Positions 18,996 to 27,368 of a DNA stretch of 31,242 nucleotides are shown one piece after another; position 1 is the stretch's first letter, and the number at the start of each line of letters is the position of its first letter. The notes under the pieces are model-generated. The model made no database searches, was not told the DNA's origin, and saw only the letters and a program-made list of their open reading frames with translations. Location of the stretch: positions 1 to 31,242 of IMG/VR virus record IMGVR_UViG_3300038365_000206; one strand, 5' to 3'. The position numbers were made by a program, and so were the translations under genes. This stretch comes from a virus.

Positions 18996-19303
18996 TTTAC
19001 CACCACTTTCAGAGGGAATTCTAATGTTTGAAGTTTGGGGAGTGTTCTATAATAAAATATATACACTTAAGATGCTTATTAATCTTTCGGTAATATTATA
19101 AGTAAAAAACAACAAAAATAAAAAGTTTAGAACAATATTACAAGAAAAGTTTTATATACAACAACAATTTGATTAAATGACTGTGAGTAGGTTCACTTTT
19201 TTAACTTATTCATGTTATGTCTACACAGGAAAGGAAGTAACCTCTTTTTAAAAGGTTTTTTACTTCCTTTCCATTTTTTTTTACAATCCATTTTTTTTAA
19301 AAG

Positions 19304-19564
19304 ATGATTCTCATGGATAACAATATGGAAAAATACATGAACAGAACAAGCTATGATTCAATTAAAAGGAACATAAACAAAGAAATAAGGAACAAAATAG
19401 ACAAAGAAACCTTTACATTCGGTAAAAGTATTAAAACCATCAACAAAATCCTCAGATCTATAGCTAAGGATGATTTAGCAGATGCAATGCTAAAAGACAT
19501 AGAAAAAATCGTAAAACAAAAAGACAAATCCAACGAATGGAAAGGAAAAATCATAAACCTATAA
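19304..19564 (+). CDS. Hypothetical basic helical protein
   Basis: 86-aa ORF with Lys/Ile-rich composition in an otherwise non-coding AT-rich region; no family recognised. Confidence 0.5.
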   Translation: MILMDNNMEKYMNRTSYDSIKRNINKEIRNKIDKETFTFGKSIKTINKILRSIAKDDLADAMLKDIEKIVKQKDKSNEWKGKIINL

Positions 19565-19806
19565 AAAAAAACCCTTTTTCCCACTTTTATTTTAAAAATG
19601 TCAACCTAAAAAAACTTCATAACATTAACTAAACTTTTAAAAGATAAAAAAAAGGGTACTGCAAACAATTATTTAAAAATTTAGGATAAAAAAATGTAAG
19701 ACCTGTAAAAAAAAAAGATCTAAAACAGTGATATTTTAAAAAAAAATTGTATTTAAAAATTCCTGGTTCTTTCTTATAAATGTCTTTTATTTAATTGAAA
19801 TGGATC

Positions 19807-20277
19807 TCATTTTTTGATATATCTTTCTTTGATAAATTTCCAATTTCCAATATCTTCTTTAGATATATCTCCTGATGTAAAAGCTAATTCTGTTTCAACA
19901 GCAATCTCTTCTAACTTGTTTTCATCAATTTTAAGCAATTTTGCCCCTTCAATCAACTCTTCTTGTGGGCAACGTCCCACATCCCTATAATATCCAAATA
20001 TTTTACGCCAAGTCCTGTTTTCATTTGAATTACTCATGTCTTGTCCTTGAATTTCACTTAATCTCTTGTATAATGCTGCTAATTCCAATTTGATGTTTTT
20101 TATTTCATCTTCCTTAGTCTTTATTAAGAATTTCAATTGGTCTTCATCTTTATTTCTGGTTTGTAAAACTATCCTACTGGTTTCTTCAAAGAATTTGTTT
20201 AAGTTTGGAATATCTTTTTTCATTTCTTGGAGGATATCTTCATCTACTTTCAGAGAGATCTGTGTTTTTTCACCCAT
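19807..20277 (-). CDS. Ribbon-helix-helix (CopG/CcdA-like) DNA-binding protein with coiled coil; paralog of 20760-21257
   Basis: N-terminal alternating beta-strand TQISLKVD followed by two helices. Confidence 0.7.
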   Translation of the reverse strand: MGEKTQISLKVDEDILQEMKKDIPNLNKFFEETSRIVLQTRNKDEDQLKFLIKTKEDEIKNIKLELAALYKRLSEIQGQDMSNSNENRTWRKIFGYYRDVGRCPQEELIEGAKLLKIDENKLEEIAVETELAFTSGDISKEDIGNWKFIKERYIKK

Positions 20278-20405
20278 TTATAGCACCATAAATAAATAAA
20301 ATATTAATCCTCTTTAATTTTTCTGAAAAGTTTTTTTACATTTCTTACATTTCAAACCTTTTTTAGTTCTTTTCAGTTCAGATCCACACAGTGGAAAAAA
20401 ACAAT

Positions 20406-20759
20406 TTAATCATCAGGATCTGCCCTATGTTCTAAGAGTTTTTTCTGTATATTCTCCAGTATTGGTTTAAAAAAATTTATTTCTTCTTTTCGTCCAGTTA
20501 ATTTAACTTTAAGAAAATTATCCACTATTTTAATGGTTTGGGAATAAGTATTTGGGGGATAATTTCCTTTAATCCTTGTTTCCAGTTGATATTTAAACTC
20601 ATCCGCTAACTCAAAGTTTCCATCTGATTCAAGGGATCTATGGACTGATCCAACATTTCTTCCCAAGATATACGTATTTTTTTTAACTTTTTGGATTAAA
20701 TCATCATCTAACCATTCTCTTACAGTAGTCCATTTCATGTTGTGTAATCTGCCATCCAT
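20406..20759 (-). CDS. Hypothetical protein
   Basis: Start directly follows the upstream stop codon (TAA-ATG); normal composition. Confidence 0.65.
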   Translation of the reverse strand: MDGRLHNMKWTTVREWLDDDLIQKVKKNTYILGRNVGSVHRSLESDGNFELADEFKYQLETRIKGNYPPNTYSQTIKIVDNFLKVKLTGRKEEINFFKPILENIQKKLLEHRADPDD

Positions 20760-21257
20760 TTAAAAGACTCCTTCATTATTTACATAATCATAATGTTCTT
20801 TTACAAAATCCCAATTACGAACATTCTCAATAAGTGCACCTTGACATCCAAGTTCACGAGTCACCTCTTTAATAATCTTTTTAAGAGTGTTCTCATCCAC
20901 ATCAAGCTTTTTAGTTGCTTCATCAATGTTTCGGTCTATGAAAACCATTTGTTCCCTGTAATCTATGAGCACTTTACGCCAAATATTATTTTGAGCTTGC
21001 ACGTCTGTTGTACCTGCAATGTTGTTTAATTGTGCTTGCAAAACACTTATTTCTGATTCAAGTTGCATTATTTGTTGTTGTTTTGAGATTATATCCTGCC
21101 TTATCTGTAACTCATCTTTGTTTTGAGATGCCAAATGTGCTTTAAGCGTTTCTTCAACAGTTTTGCTTAAATTTGGTATTTCTTCTTTTGCTTCTCTCAG
21201 GATATTTTCATCAATTGTTAAAGTTGTCCTTACTTTTTTACCCATTTCCCTCACCAA
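20760..21257 (-). CDS. Ribbon-helix-helix (CopG/CcdA-like) DNA-binding protein with coiled coil
   Basis: VRTTLTIDENILREAK...NLSKTVEETLK RHH pattern; GGTGAGG RBS-like motif. Confidence 0.75.
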   Translation of the reverse strand: MVREMGKKVRTTLTIDENILREAKEEIPNLSKTVEETLKAHLASQNKDELQIRQDIISKQQQIMQLESEISVLQAQLNNIAGTTDVQAQNNIWRKVLIDYREQMVFIDRNIDEATKKLDVDENTLKKIIKEVTRELGCQGALIENVRNWDFVKEHYDYVNNEGVF

Positions 21258-21264
21258 AATGTAG

Positions 21265-21391
21265 GTATATGCATAAATTATGCACCAGTATGTTTAATAC
21301 TTTTTTAACTTTAAAGTATGCAGTCAAAAAACAAGTGCCCCCCTTATCTGAAAAAATCATGCATACTGTATGTATATGCATAAATTATGCA
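21265..21391. repeat. Two identical 20-bp repeats with a palindromic core TGCATAA-A-TTATGCA, plus a degenerate third copy
   Basis: gtatatgcataaattatgca at 21265-21284 and 21372-21391; tgcatac-t-gtatgta at 21360-21374. Confidence 0.85.
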
Positions 21392-21428
21392 TGATCTTCA
21401 AAAAATTCTCTCTATACAATTTTTTTGG

Positions 21429-23426
21429 TTAACATTCACTAGCACTTTTAATATTACTGAAAGCTTCTTTGTACAACCTATCAGCACCAACACCATCAAC
21501 CTCACAATGAACCTTAATTTCATCTTTAATGTCCGAAATAACCTGGGGAGGCAAATTAAGACCATATAATTCAGAATAACCTTTAATGATCTTTTCAGCT
21601 TTTAAAACAATATTGATTTCATTACTGCTTTTAACACCCCTAATTTCCCCTGCCATGTCCGGTTCAAGTCCAATAGTTTTTAAAGCTTTACTGAATACAT
21701 CAATTGCTTCTTCTGCATCTTTTTCATCTACAAAATCTCTAAGCTCAACCTTGGCACGTGCAACACTTAACCGGCTTATTGCTTCAAGATCCCTTGGGGT
21801 TATCGGTTTACTATCAGGATTTTCTGCTGCTGCCTGCCTGGTGCTTACATAGAAATCAACAATTTTAGCCTTTGCAACTTCGCTTAATTCTGGTTTTATC
21901 TCACTTTTAGCATAAGCGATGTATTTCTTAAGGGTTTCAGGACTTAATCGTTCATTTCCATCTTCTTTCAAGTCATGGCTTAAAATCCTGTCCGCTAATT
22001 CTTTATCCTTGTTTATTTCTATTTTGTCTGCCATTGCATAAACAAGGTCAAAACGCGATAATGTGCTTTCTGGGATATTTATTTGGTCTTTAATACCTTT
22101 GTATGCATCAAACTTTGAATACTTGGGGTTTGCAGCTGCAAGAATTGAAGTTCTTGAACTCATTGTTTGCACAAGGCCGGCCTTTGCAGTTGTAACAGAT
22201 AACTGTTCCATGGGTTCATTAAGGCTTTTCATAGTCTTCTTGCTTAACTTGTCGAACTCATCTATACAAAGTATCCCTGAATCTGCCAGTACAATTGCCC
22301 CTGCTTCCATAGCCCATTTCCCGGTTAGTTCATCTTTTACTGCACTTGCTGTGAGTCCAACTTCGGTGGATCCTGTACCTGACACATTGATTCCTTTTGG
22401 TGCCATGCTTGCAACTTCACGTATCATCTTAGATTTACCAATACCAGGATCACCAATTAACAAAATATGGATAACCCACCGATCAGAGTCAACAGAATCA
22501 TCCTCTGGCTTGTTGCCTTCAAAAAGTTGCAAAACAATTCCTGCTTTAACATCATGGTATCCATGGATGCTTGGTGAAATTGAGTTGATAAAAGTCTCAA
22601 AAATATCCTCCTTTTTAGAGAGGTCCCTTATCATTTCAACATCACCATCTGAAAGGTCAACATCTTCAAAACTGGAATTTTGGGGCGTGATATTATGTAT
22701 TTTAATTAAAAACTTCCATTCCTTCGCTTTTTCATCATATACCACGTCAAAATATCCTGTGACATCTACAACATCACCCGGTTTAATTGTTTGTTGAGGC
22801 CCTGCAAGATCCCCCTCCATATATGCCATGAATTCCCTTGTTGCCCCAAATTTCCGCAACTCAAGAGGTTCTTCAAGTTTCACGTAACGGTAATCAATAA
22901 ATTCACTTCTTTCAGGGATTACTCTAAAGGAACGGCCTCCACAGGCTCTGCAGATTCCAGGTTCTGAAATTACAGCCTCTCCTTTTTGTTCCATACTGAT
23001 TAGTTCACAGCATGATCTGCATTCAAACATGGCATTTTTAATGTGTGCTTTAATTGGCGTGATGTTTTTAACCATAGCTACAACTGATATAAATTGACCA
23101 ATATGTTCTGTGTCTAAATCTTTAAGTAATGCAGTGTAGGAGACATCATCCAAACGTATTGAAAGACGACTTTTACTATTTTCATTGAGGATGATTTCCC
23201 CAGCATTCAATATACTATGAACTTGATCAATGAGGGAAACGTGGATATATGCCTTGCAAAACTCGTTTAATTCATGGAAATCAACATGCAATGCTGCGGG
23301 TGATTCTGATTTTTTTAATTCTTTAATTTCATCTTCATGATAATTTTTTAAAAAAATGGTCATTGCTTCTTTTGGACTTAATATTTTTTCCTTTATCCCT
23401 TGTGATGCTATGGTTTCTGTGATCAA
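21429..23426 (-). CDS. mcm: MCM replicative helicase
   Basis: Zn finger CRSC/CRAC, Walker A GDPGIGKS, Walker B LCIDEFDK, AAANP, Arg finger SRFD, sensor ITPRDLE. Confidence 0.97.
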   Translation of the reverse strand: MITETIASQGIKEKILSPKEAMTIFLKNYHEDEIKELKKSESPAALHVDFHELNEFCKAYIHVSLIDQVHSILNAGEIILNENSKSRLSIRLDDVSYTALLKDLDTEHIGQFISVVAMVKNITPIKAHIKNAMFECRSCCELISMEQKGEAVISEPGICRACGGRSFRVIPERSEFIDYRYVKLEEPLELRKFGATREFMAYMEGDLAGPQQTIKPGDVVDVTGYFDVVYDEKAKEWKFLIKIHNITPQNSSFEDVDLSDGDVEMIRDLSKKEDIFETFINSISPSIHGYHDVKAGIVLQLFEGNKPEDDSVDSDRWVIHILLIGDPGIGKSKMIREVASMAPKGINVSGTGSTEVGLTASAVKDELTGKWAMEAGAIVLADSGILCIDEFDKLSKKTMKSLNEPMEQLSVTTAKAGLVQTMSSRTSILAAANPKYSKFDAYKGIKDQINIPESTLSRFDLVYAMADKIEINKDKELADRILSHDLKEDGNERLSPETLKKYIAYAKSEIKPELSEVAKAKIVDFYVSTRQAAAENPDSKPITPRDLEAISRLSVARAKVELRDFVDEKDAEEAIDVFSKALKTIGLEPDMAGEIRGVKSSNEINIVLKAEKIIKGYSELYGLNLPPQVISDIKDEIKVHCEVDGVGADRLYKEAFSNIKSASEC

Positions 23427-24079
23427 TTCACCCCCTGAAAGGCTTTAATAATTTTTTCTGCGTATTTTTCACCAATCCCATCTATACCTAACAACTCATT
23501 TTGGTCTATTTCACATAATTCCTTGATTGAAAACCGATCTGCAACAGCTTCAGCCCGTACAGGACCTACATTTGAAATTTGACTGATCATCCTAGCTGTC
23601 AAACTCATGTTACTGGAGTCAATGTTGATGTGTTGTAGTGGCTTTTTCTCATTGTATTTGTAGATTAGCCGTTCCACCTGCACCCAGAAAAGCTTCTCGT
23701 TGTCGTAGGGGATGATCCGCATGTCCTTGTGTTCATTGATGCTTGCCAAGATTCCACACCAGATCCTCGGTGTCACCCACCAGAAATAAGGATCCTCTGT
23801 TATCTCAGTATAACCACCTTGAATGAAGAAATAACAGTGCGTACCATACGTGTTGGCATATTCTGCCATTTTAACACATTGATTTTCAAATCGTTTGTCA
23901 ATAATGGATGATAATAAGTCCTTATTGGTTTTGCGTTCTATACCTATTTTTGCGTTGTTTCCTATTAGAACATCAAATACTGGTAGTTGGACAATTTTAA
24001 TATCCGGATATTGTTTTTTAGCTTCTCTTTGGAGGGTTAAGGGTTCTCGATTGTCCAGGAAGATTGGATATTCATTTAT
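23423..24079 (-). CDS. ERCC4/XPF (Hef-like) structure-specific nuclease with tandem HhH motifs, 218 aa; the track shows only the last 148 aa
   Basis: In-frame upstream extension INEYPIFLDNREP...QLPVFDVLIG...IGIERKTNKDLLSSIIDKRFENQ supplies the ERCC4 catalytic motifs. C-terminal SNVGPVRA and GIDGIGEKYA are HhH motifs. The only start available is ATA, after a GGAGGGG RBS. Confidence 0.85.
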   Translation of the reverse strand: MNEYPIFLDNREPLTLQREAKKQYPDIKIVQLPVFDVLIGNNAKIGIERKTNKDLLSSIIDKRFENQCVKMAEYANTYGTHCYFFIQGGYTEITEDPYFWWVTPRIWCGILASINEHKDMRIIPYDNEKLFWVQVERLIYKYNEKKPLQHINIDSSNMSLTARMISQISNVGPVRAEAVADRFSIKELCEIDQNELLGIDGIGEKYAEKIIKAFQGVN

Positions 24080-24090
24080 TTAAACCCCTC

Positions 24091-24342
24091 CTAGAAAAAT
24101 GTGAAATTAAACTGATCAGGCATCTTATATTTTTGAGGAATTATTCCGTTTTCTTTGAGAACCTTTTCAATGTACTCTGCATCTTCCTTTTTCCAAGAAA
24201 ATATCATGTAAAGGTCTGCATTTTCATCTACAAGTTTTCTAAGTTCTTCTGATTCCTTTTTACCCAATCTATGACTTTTTAATTGTTCCTTCTTGTTTCG
24301 TAATTCATTGATTCTTTTAAGATGTTCTGGCATTTCGGACAA
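24091..24342 (-). CDS. Hypothetical protein
   Basis: TTG start with AAGGTGA RBS; tightly packed in the early operon. Confidence 0.7.
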   Translation of the reverse strand: MSEMPEHLKRINELRNKKEQLKSHRLGKKESEELRKLVDENADLYMIFSWKKEDAEYIEKVLKENGIIPQKYKMPDQFNFTFF

Positions 24343-24489
24343 TTAGATCACCTTTGCATCTGCTTTCTCCAGGGTGTTAAGTTCGCCCCTGCACCTCCAG
24401 CATAAACCGCCGTTTAATAATAATTCCTGTTTTGTGAATGTCCTGTTGCAATGTTTGCAATGCCCTCTAGCTTCAAAAAGTGCATCCAT
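24343..24489 (-). CDS. 48-aa zinc-finger microprotein (CKHC...CWRC), not in the track
   Basis: AAGGTGA RBS; MDALFEARGHCKHCNRTFTKQELLLNGGLCWRCRGELNTLEKADAKVI; stop abuts the next start. Confidence 0.75.
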   Translation of the reverse strand: MDALFEARGHCKHCNRTFTKQELLLNGGLCWRCRGELNTLEKADAKVI

Positions 24490-24558
24490 AATTATTCACC
24501 TTCCATTTTTGTTGTTAGCGTTCGCTAAGACTTTGAAAAAATGTTAAAAAAATAGGAT

Positions 24559-25305
24559 TTATTTTGCTAAAACGCCAAGGTCCTTTTGAACCTTTTTGAG
24601 TTGTATCTTGTTTATTAAGCCTTCTTCTTGACGTGTCTTTGCCAGGGACACGATATTTCCAGTATTCACAACTTTATTGCCTTGTTTTAGGGTGTGGATT
24701 AGTGCTTTTACTGTTGGGTTTTTTTGTGCAGCTGCATCGAAACTTGATCCTCCACCAGTCATGTCCATGGTTTCAGGTTCTCCAGGTTCATCCTCTTCTT
24801 TCTTTGAAGCTTTTGGTTGAGATGCTTTGGGTTGTCTTTTTTGTCGTTTCTGCTGCTTTTGAGGTTGTATTTTGGCTGGTGTTTTGGTTTTCTCTTTGTT
24901 TCCTGATGCAATGTTTGCATCATCATCATCTTCACTGCTAATTCCAAGGAATGTGGCTAATTGGTACCGGCGGCCGTAGGTGATTGCTGATCCAAGTTTT
25001 TGAGGGGTTTCTTTACCGTGTTTATCTTTTTCAGGTTTTAAAACAAGTTTACCTGATTCTAATGATTCACCGCTGGTGTGGAAGAGGATTGTTTTTACGT
25101 AAACATTGCCATCTTCACAGGTTCCAGTGTCTTGTATAAGTGCAAGACCCTGTTTTGATAATAAGGGCCGTACAAGGTTCAGGATTTCAGGTAAAGGGGC
25201 ATATTTACTATGGAAAAAGGGGTTTGTGGCTGAATTTGGTGGGTTTGTGATTTCTTTTTGAAATTCCACTAGGGATCCTATGAGGTTTGTTTTTTCTGCC
25301 ATCAT
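24559..25305 (-). CDS. erf: ERF-family single-strand annealing protein
   Basis: NPFFHSKYAPLPEILNLVRPLLSKQGL and QKLGSAITYGRRYQL...EDDDDAN ERF motifs. Confidence 0.92.
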   Translation of the reverse strand: MMAEKTNLIGSLVEFQKEITNPPNSATNPFFHSKYAPLPEILNLVRPLLSKQGLALIQDTGTCEDGNVYVKTILFHTSGESLESGKLVLKPEKDKHGKETPQKLGSAITYGRRYQLATFLGISSEDDDDANIASGNKEKTKTPAKIQPQKQQKRQKRQPKASQPKASKKEEDEPGEPETMDMTGGGSSFDAAAQKNPTVKALIHTLKQGNKVVNTGNIVSLAKTRQEEGLINKIQLKKVQKDLGVLAK

Positions 25306-25802
25306 TGATCCCTCACTTCAACACGTGTAACTCGTAGCGTATTGTAAAGTATGTCACCATTATGCTCTTTTACACGGATACTCATGCTTTTTAGACTGTT
25401 GATGTAATTTTGTAGTTCCTTGAAGCTGATTGTATACACATTGTTGATGCCGGATGTTCCAGGTTCGTTGAGTTCTTCAATTGAATCAATAATGTCATAA
25501 GCCACGCTGTTTTTCCAAACTGTGATTTCATCTTTCAGGTTTTTGAGATTCACACGTGCTTTAAGTTTTTCTTTGGTTTCATGGTTGTTGATGTAGAGGT
25601 TGGCACTGTACTTCTTGATGGTTTTGTTTGGGTCGTTGTAGTCTTGGAATTCGTTCTCGTAAACTTCAGTTAAGAAGGGTTCACCTGTGAATGTTGATTT
25701 GTCTTCCAGGTCATTCAAGAGGAATTCCTCATAGTTCCTGGTGTCTATTTTGCTCGTGTCAACTTCCTTGGTAGTTTTAGTTAAAGTCTTAAATACTCCC
25801 AT
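25302..25802 (-). CDS. Hypothetical beta-rich protein (possible ssDNA-binding partner of ERF)
   Basis: Translationally coupled to erf; function inferred from context only. Confidence 0.6.
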   Translation of the reverse strand: MGVFKTLTKTTKEVDTSKIDTRNYEEFLLNDLEDKSTFTGEPFLTEVYENEFQDYNDPNKTIKKYSANLYINNHETKEKLKARVNLKNLKDEITVWKNSVAYDIIDSIEELNEPGTSGINNVYTISFKELQNYINSLKSMSIRVKEHNGDILYNTLRVTRVEVRDQ

Positions 25803-25804
25803 GT

Positions 25805-26233
25805 TTAAACCTCCGTGGCCGCTTCATTCCTTGCAGCTATTTCAAGTCTTATTAATAATCTGTAATTTTCAAGTTCATCACATGCAATTTCATAATCTAC
25901 CCTCTGAGCATCCACTTCAACCTGTTTTATTTTAATCTTTTTCTCTCGTTTCTGGATTTCAGGGTCTTTATTAACATAAGCGTCACGTTTTTTCTGATTT
26001 GTAATTCCTTTAGCTTCAAAATCTGTTTTTAAAAGTAAATCCTGTTTATCAAGATTTAAAAGTTCTTTTTCAGTTTTTAATTGTGCTTCAAACTTCTTTA
26101 AATCATGTTTAATGTTATATTTCTGTTCTGTAAGGTTTCTTAGACTTACAACTGTTTCTTTATCTGTAAATTTAGTGTAATTCACATAATATGCTGGTTT
26201 AATTTTAATCTGTTTTTTTCCATTTTCAACCAA
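25805..26233 (-). CDS. Coiled-coil protein, loosely UvsY-like
   Basis: Heptad-rich; RDAYVNKDPEI motif; TTG start with GAGGTGA RBS. The UvsY resemblance is weak. Confidence 0.6.
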   Translation of the reverse strand: MVENGKKQIKIKPAYYVNYTKFTDKETVVSLRNLTEQKYNIKHDLKKFEAQLKTEKELLNLDKQDLLLKTDFEAKGITNQKKRDAYVNKDPEIQKREKKIKIKQVEVDAQRVDYEIACDELENYRLLIRLEIAARNEAATEV

Positions 26234-26243
26234 TTAAATCACC

Positions 26244-26396
26244 TCATAAAGCATGGTATGGTAATGTTTCAACAATCGTGGCCTGTATCCCAATAATTAG
26301 GCAAGTTAAAATAATTAAAAGAAATACCAGAAGGGGGATTAAGGGTTCTATTTTCTCCCATCGTGACTGTTTTGTAGGGTAAAGTGTTTGACTCAT
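26244..26396 (-). CDS. 50-aa single-pass membrane microprotein, not in the track
   Basis: GAGGTG RBS; MSQTLYPTKQSRWEKIEPLIPLLVFLLIILTCLIIGIQATIVETLPYHAL. Confidence 0.7.
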   Translation of the reverse strand: MSQTLYPTKQSRWEKIEPLIPLLVFLLIILTCLIIGIQATIVETLPYHAL

Positions 26397-26399
26397 GGT

Positions 26400-26507
26400 T
26401 CACACCTCAAAGTCATCACAATCATTGGGGTTGCACTGATCATCATGCTGGATGGCCCAGAACTTTTTACACTTGCAAACACCGTCTTTATTTCTACATT
26501 TCTTCAT
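26400..26507 (-). CDS. 35-aa Cys-rich microprotein, not in the track
   Basis: GAGG RBS; start overlaps the upstream stop; MKKCRNKDGVCKCKKFWAIQHDDQCNPNDCDDFEV. Confidence 0.6.
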   Translation of the reverse strand: MKKCRNKDGVCKCKKFWAIQHDDQCNPNDCDDFEV

Positions 26508-26773
26508 CAGTACTCGCCTCCAAGCATTTCATATTCCATCCGTTGATCTTCCAAACTGTCAGGTTCCTCCTCAACAACTTCAAAATTATTAGCCACCGCA
26601 ATGCCATTTTTTGGGAATTTAACAGTTGCTTCAACATCTTTACCTTCTTTTAAAGCCTGTTCAATCTCCTCTGGTTTTATTTTGCGAGTGTTGATTTTAC
26701 AGTTCCAGACACTGCCATCATGTCTTAAAAGCCCTAATTGTTCGCCTTGAACATATTTTACTCTAAAACTCAT
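26507..26773 (-). CDS. Hypothetical small beta-rich protein
   Basis: Coupled to neighbours by overlapping start/stop codons. Confidence 0.65.
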   Translation of the reverse strand: MSFRVKYVQGEQLGLLRHDGSVWNCKINTRKIKPEEIEQALKEGKDVEATVKFPKNGIAVANNFEVVEEEPDSLEDQRMEYEMLGGEY

Positions 26774-26967
26774 TTTCCAGCCTCCATTGCGACTTTTTCA
26801 ACTACTTCCTGGATCCTGTGATAATATTTCTTGGCAACGGGATCCATCTCCACGATCTGTTCGTAGTGTTCTCTGCAGAGGTAGGGGAATGTTTCACCTA
26901 AAAATTCGCCTTCTGTCTGGTATTCTGCCTGTTTTTCACAAATACTGCATTTCATTGGCTTATTCAC
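26770..26967 (-). CDS. Small zinc-finger protein (CSIC...CREH)
   Basis: GAGGTGA RBS; CxxC and CxxH ligand pairs. Confidence 0.7.
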   Translation of the reverse strand: MNKPMKCSICEKQAEYQTEGEFLGETFPYLCREHYEQIVEMDPVAKKYYHRIQEVVEKVAMEAGK

Positions 26968-27001
26968 CTCGTAAACTTTTCAAAAAAGTTTAATCAAAAG
27001 T

Positions 27002-27208
27002 TTAATCCTTCACAGCTTCATTAAAAAACTTCTTTTGAGATTTTAAGACTTCTCGAATCTTCGTAACTCCCAGTTTTGTATCATTTTGAATATACAAAAC
27101 CATAATTTCCGTGTTAATCCCTGATTTTTCCAAGCTTTCCAAAGAAGTCCTTATTTTTCGTATGTCTTCTGCCATTTTCTCAAAAGTTGATTTTTCTTCT
27201 TTTTCCAT
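27002..27208 (-). CDS. 68-aa hypothetical helical protein (start revised from 27316 to the ATG at 27208)
   Basis: GAGGTGAAAAC-ATG GAA AAA. The longer track start overlaps another RBS-led ORF. Confidence 0.7.
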   Translation of the reverse strand: MEKEEKSTFEKMAEDIRKIRTSLESLEKSGINTEIMVLYIQNDTKLGVTKIREVLKSQKKFFNEAVKD

Positions 27209-27212
27209 GTTT

Positions 27213-27323
27213 TCACCTCGTAAATTTGCATTTGCCATACTCACAAAATTCACATTCACCATAGCAACCGAGTGCGTCCTCTTCTTCTTGGTATTCTTCC
27301 CAATCTGGTCTTTCACAACTCAT
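27213..27323 (-). CDS. 36-aa acidic Cys-rich microprotein (CxxxCxxCxxxxC), not in the track
   Basis: GAGGTGAAAAC RBS; MSCERPDWEEYQEEEDALGCYGECEFCEYGKCKFTR. Confidence 0.7.
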   Translation of the reverse strand: MSCERPDWEEYQEEEDALGCYGECEFCEYGKCKFTR

Positions 27324-27368
27324 GTTTTCACCTCTCAAAAATTCCTCAAGGTCAAATGACTAAAAAAA

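Noticed and set aside
20336-20353. TTACATTTC tandem duplication upstream of the second RHH gene
   Set aside because: Only two 9-bp copies in AT-rich DNA, unrelated to the TGCATA palindromes; too weak to call.
21429-23426. Intein in MCM (or in terL)
   Set aside because: Lengths are normal, motifs are contiguous, and no C/S...HN splice junctions or LAGLIDADG blocks are seen.
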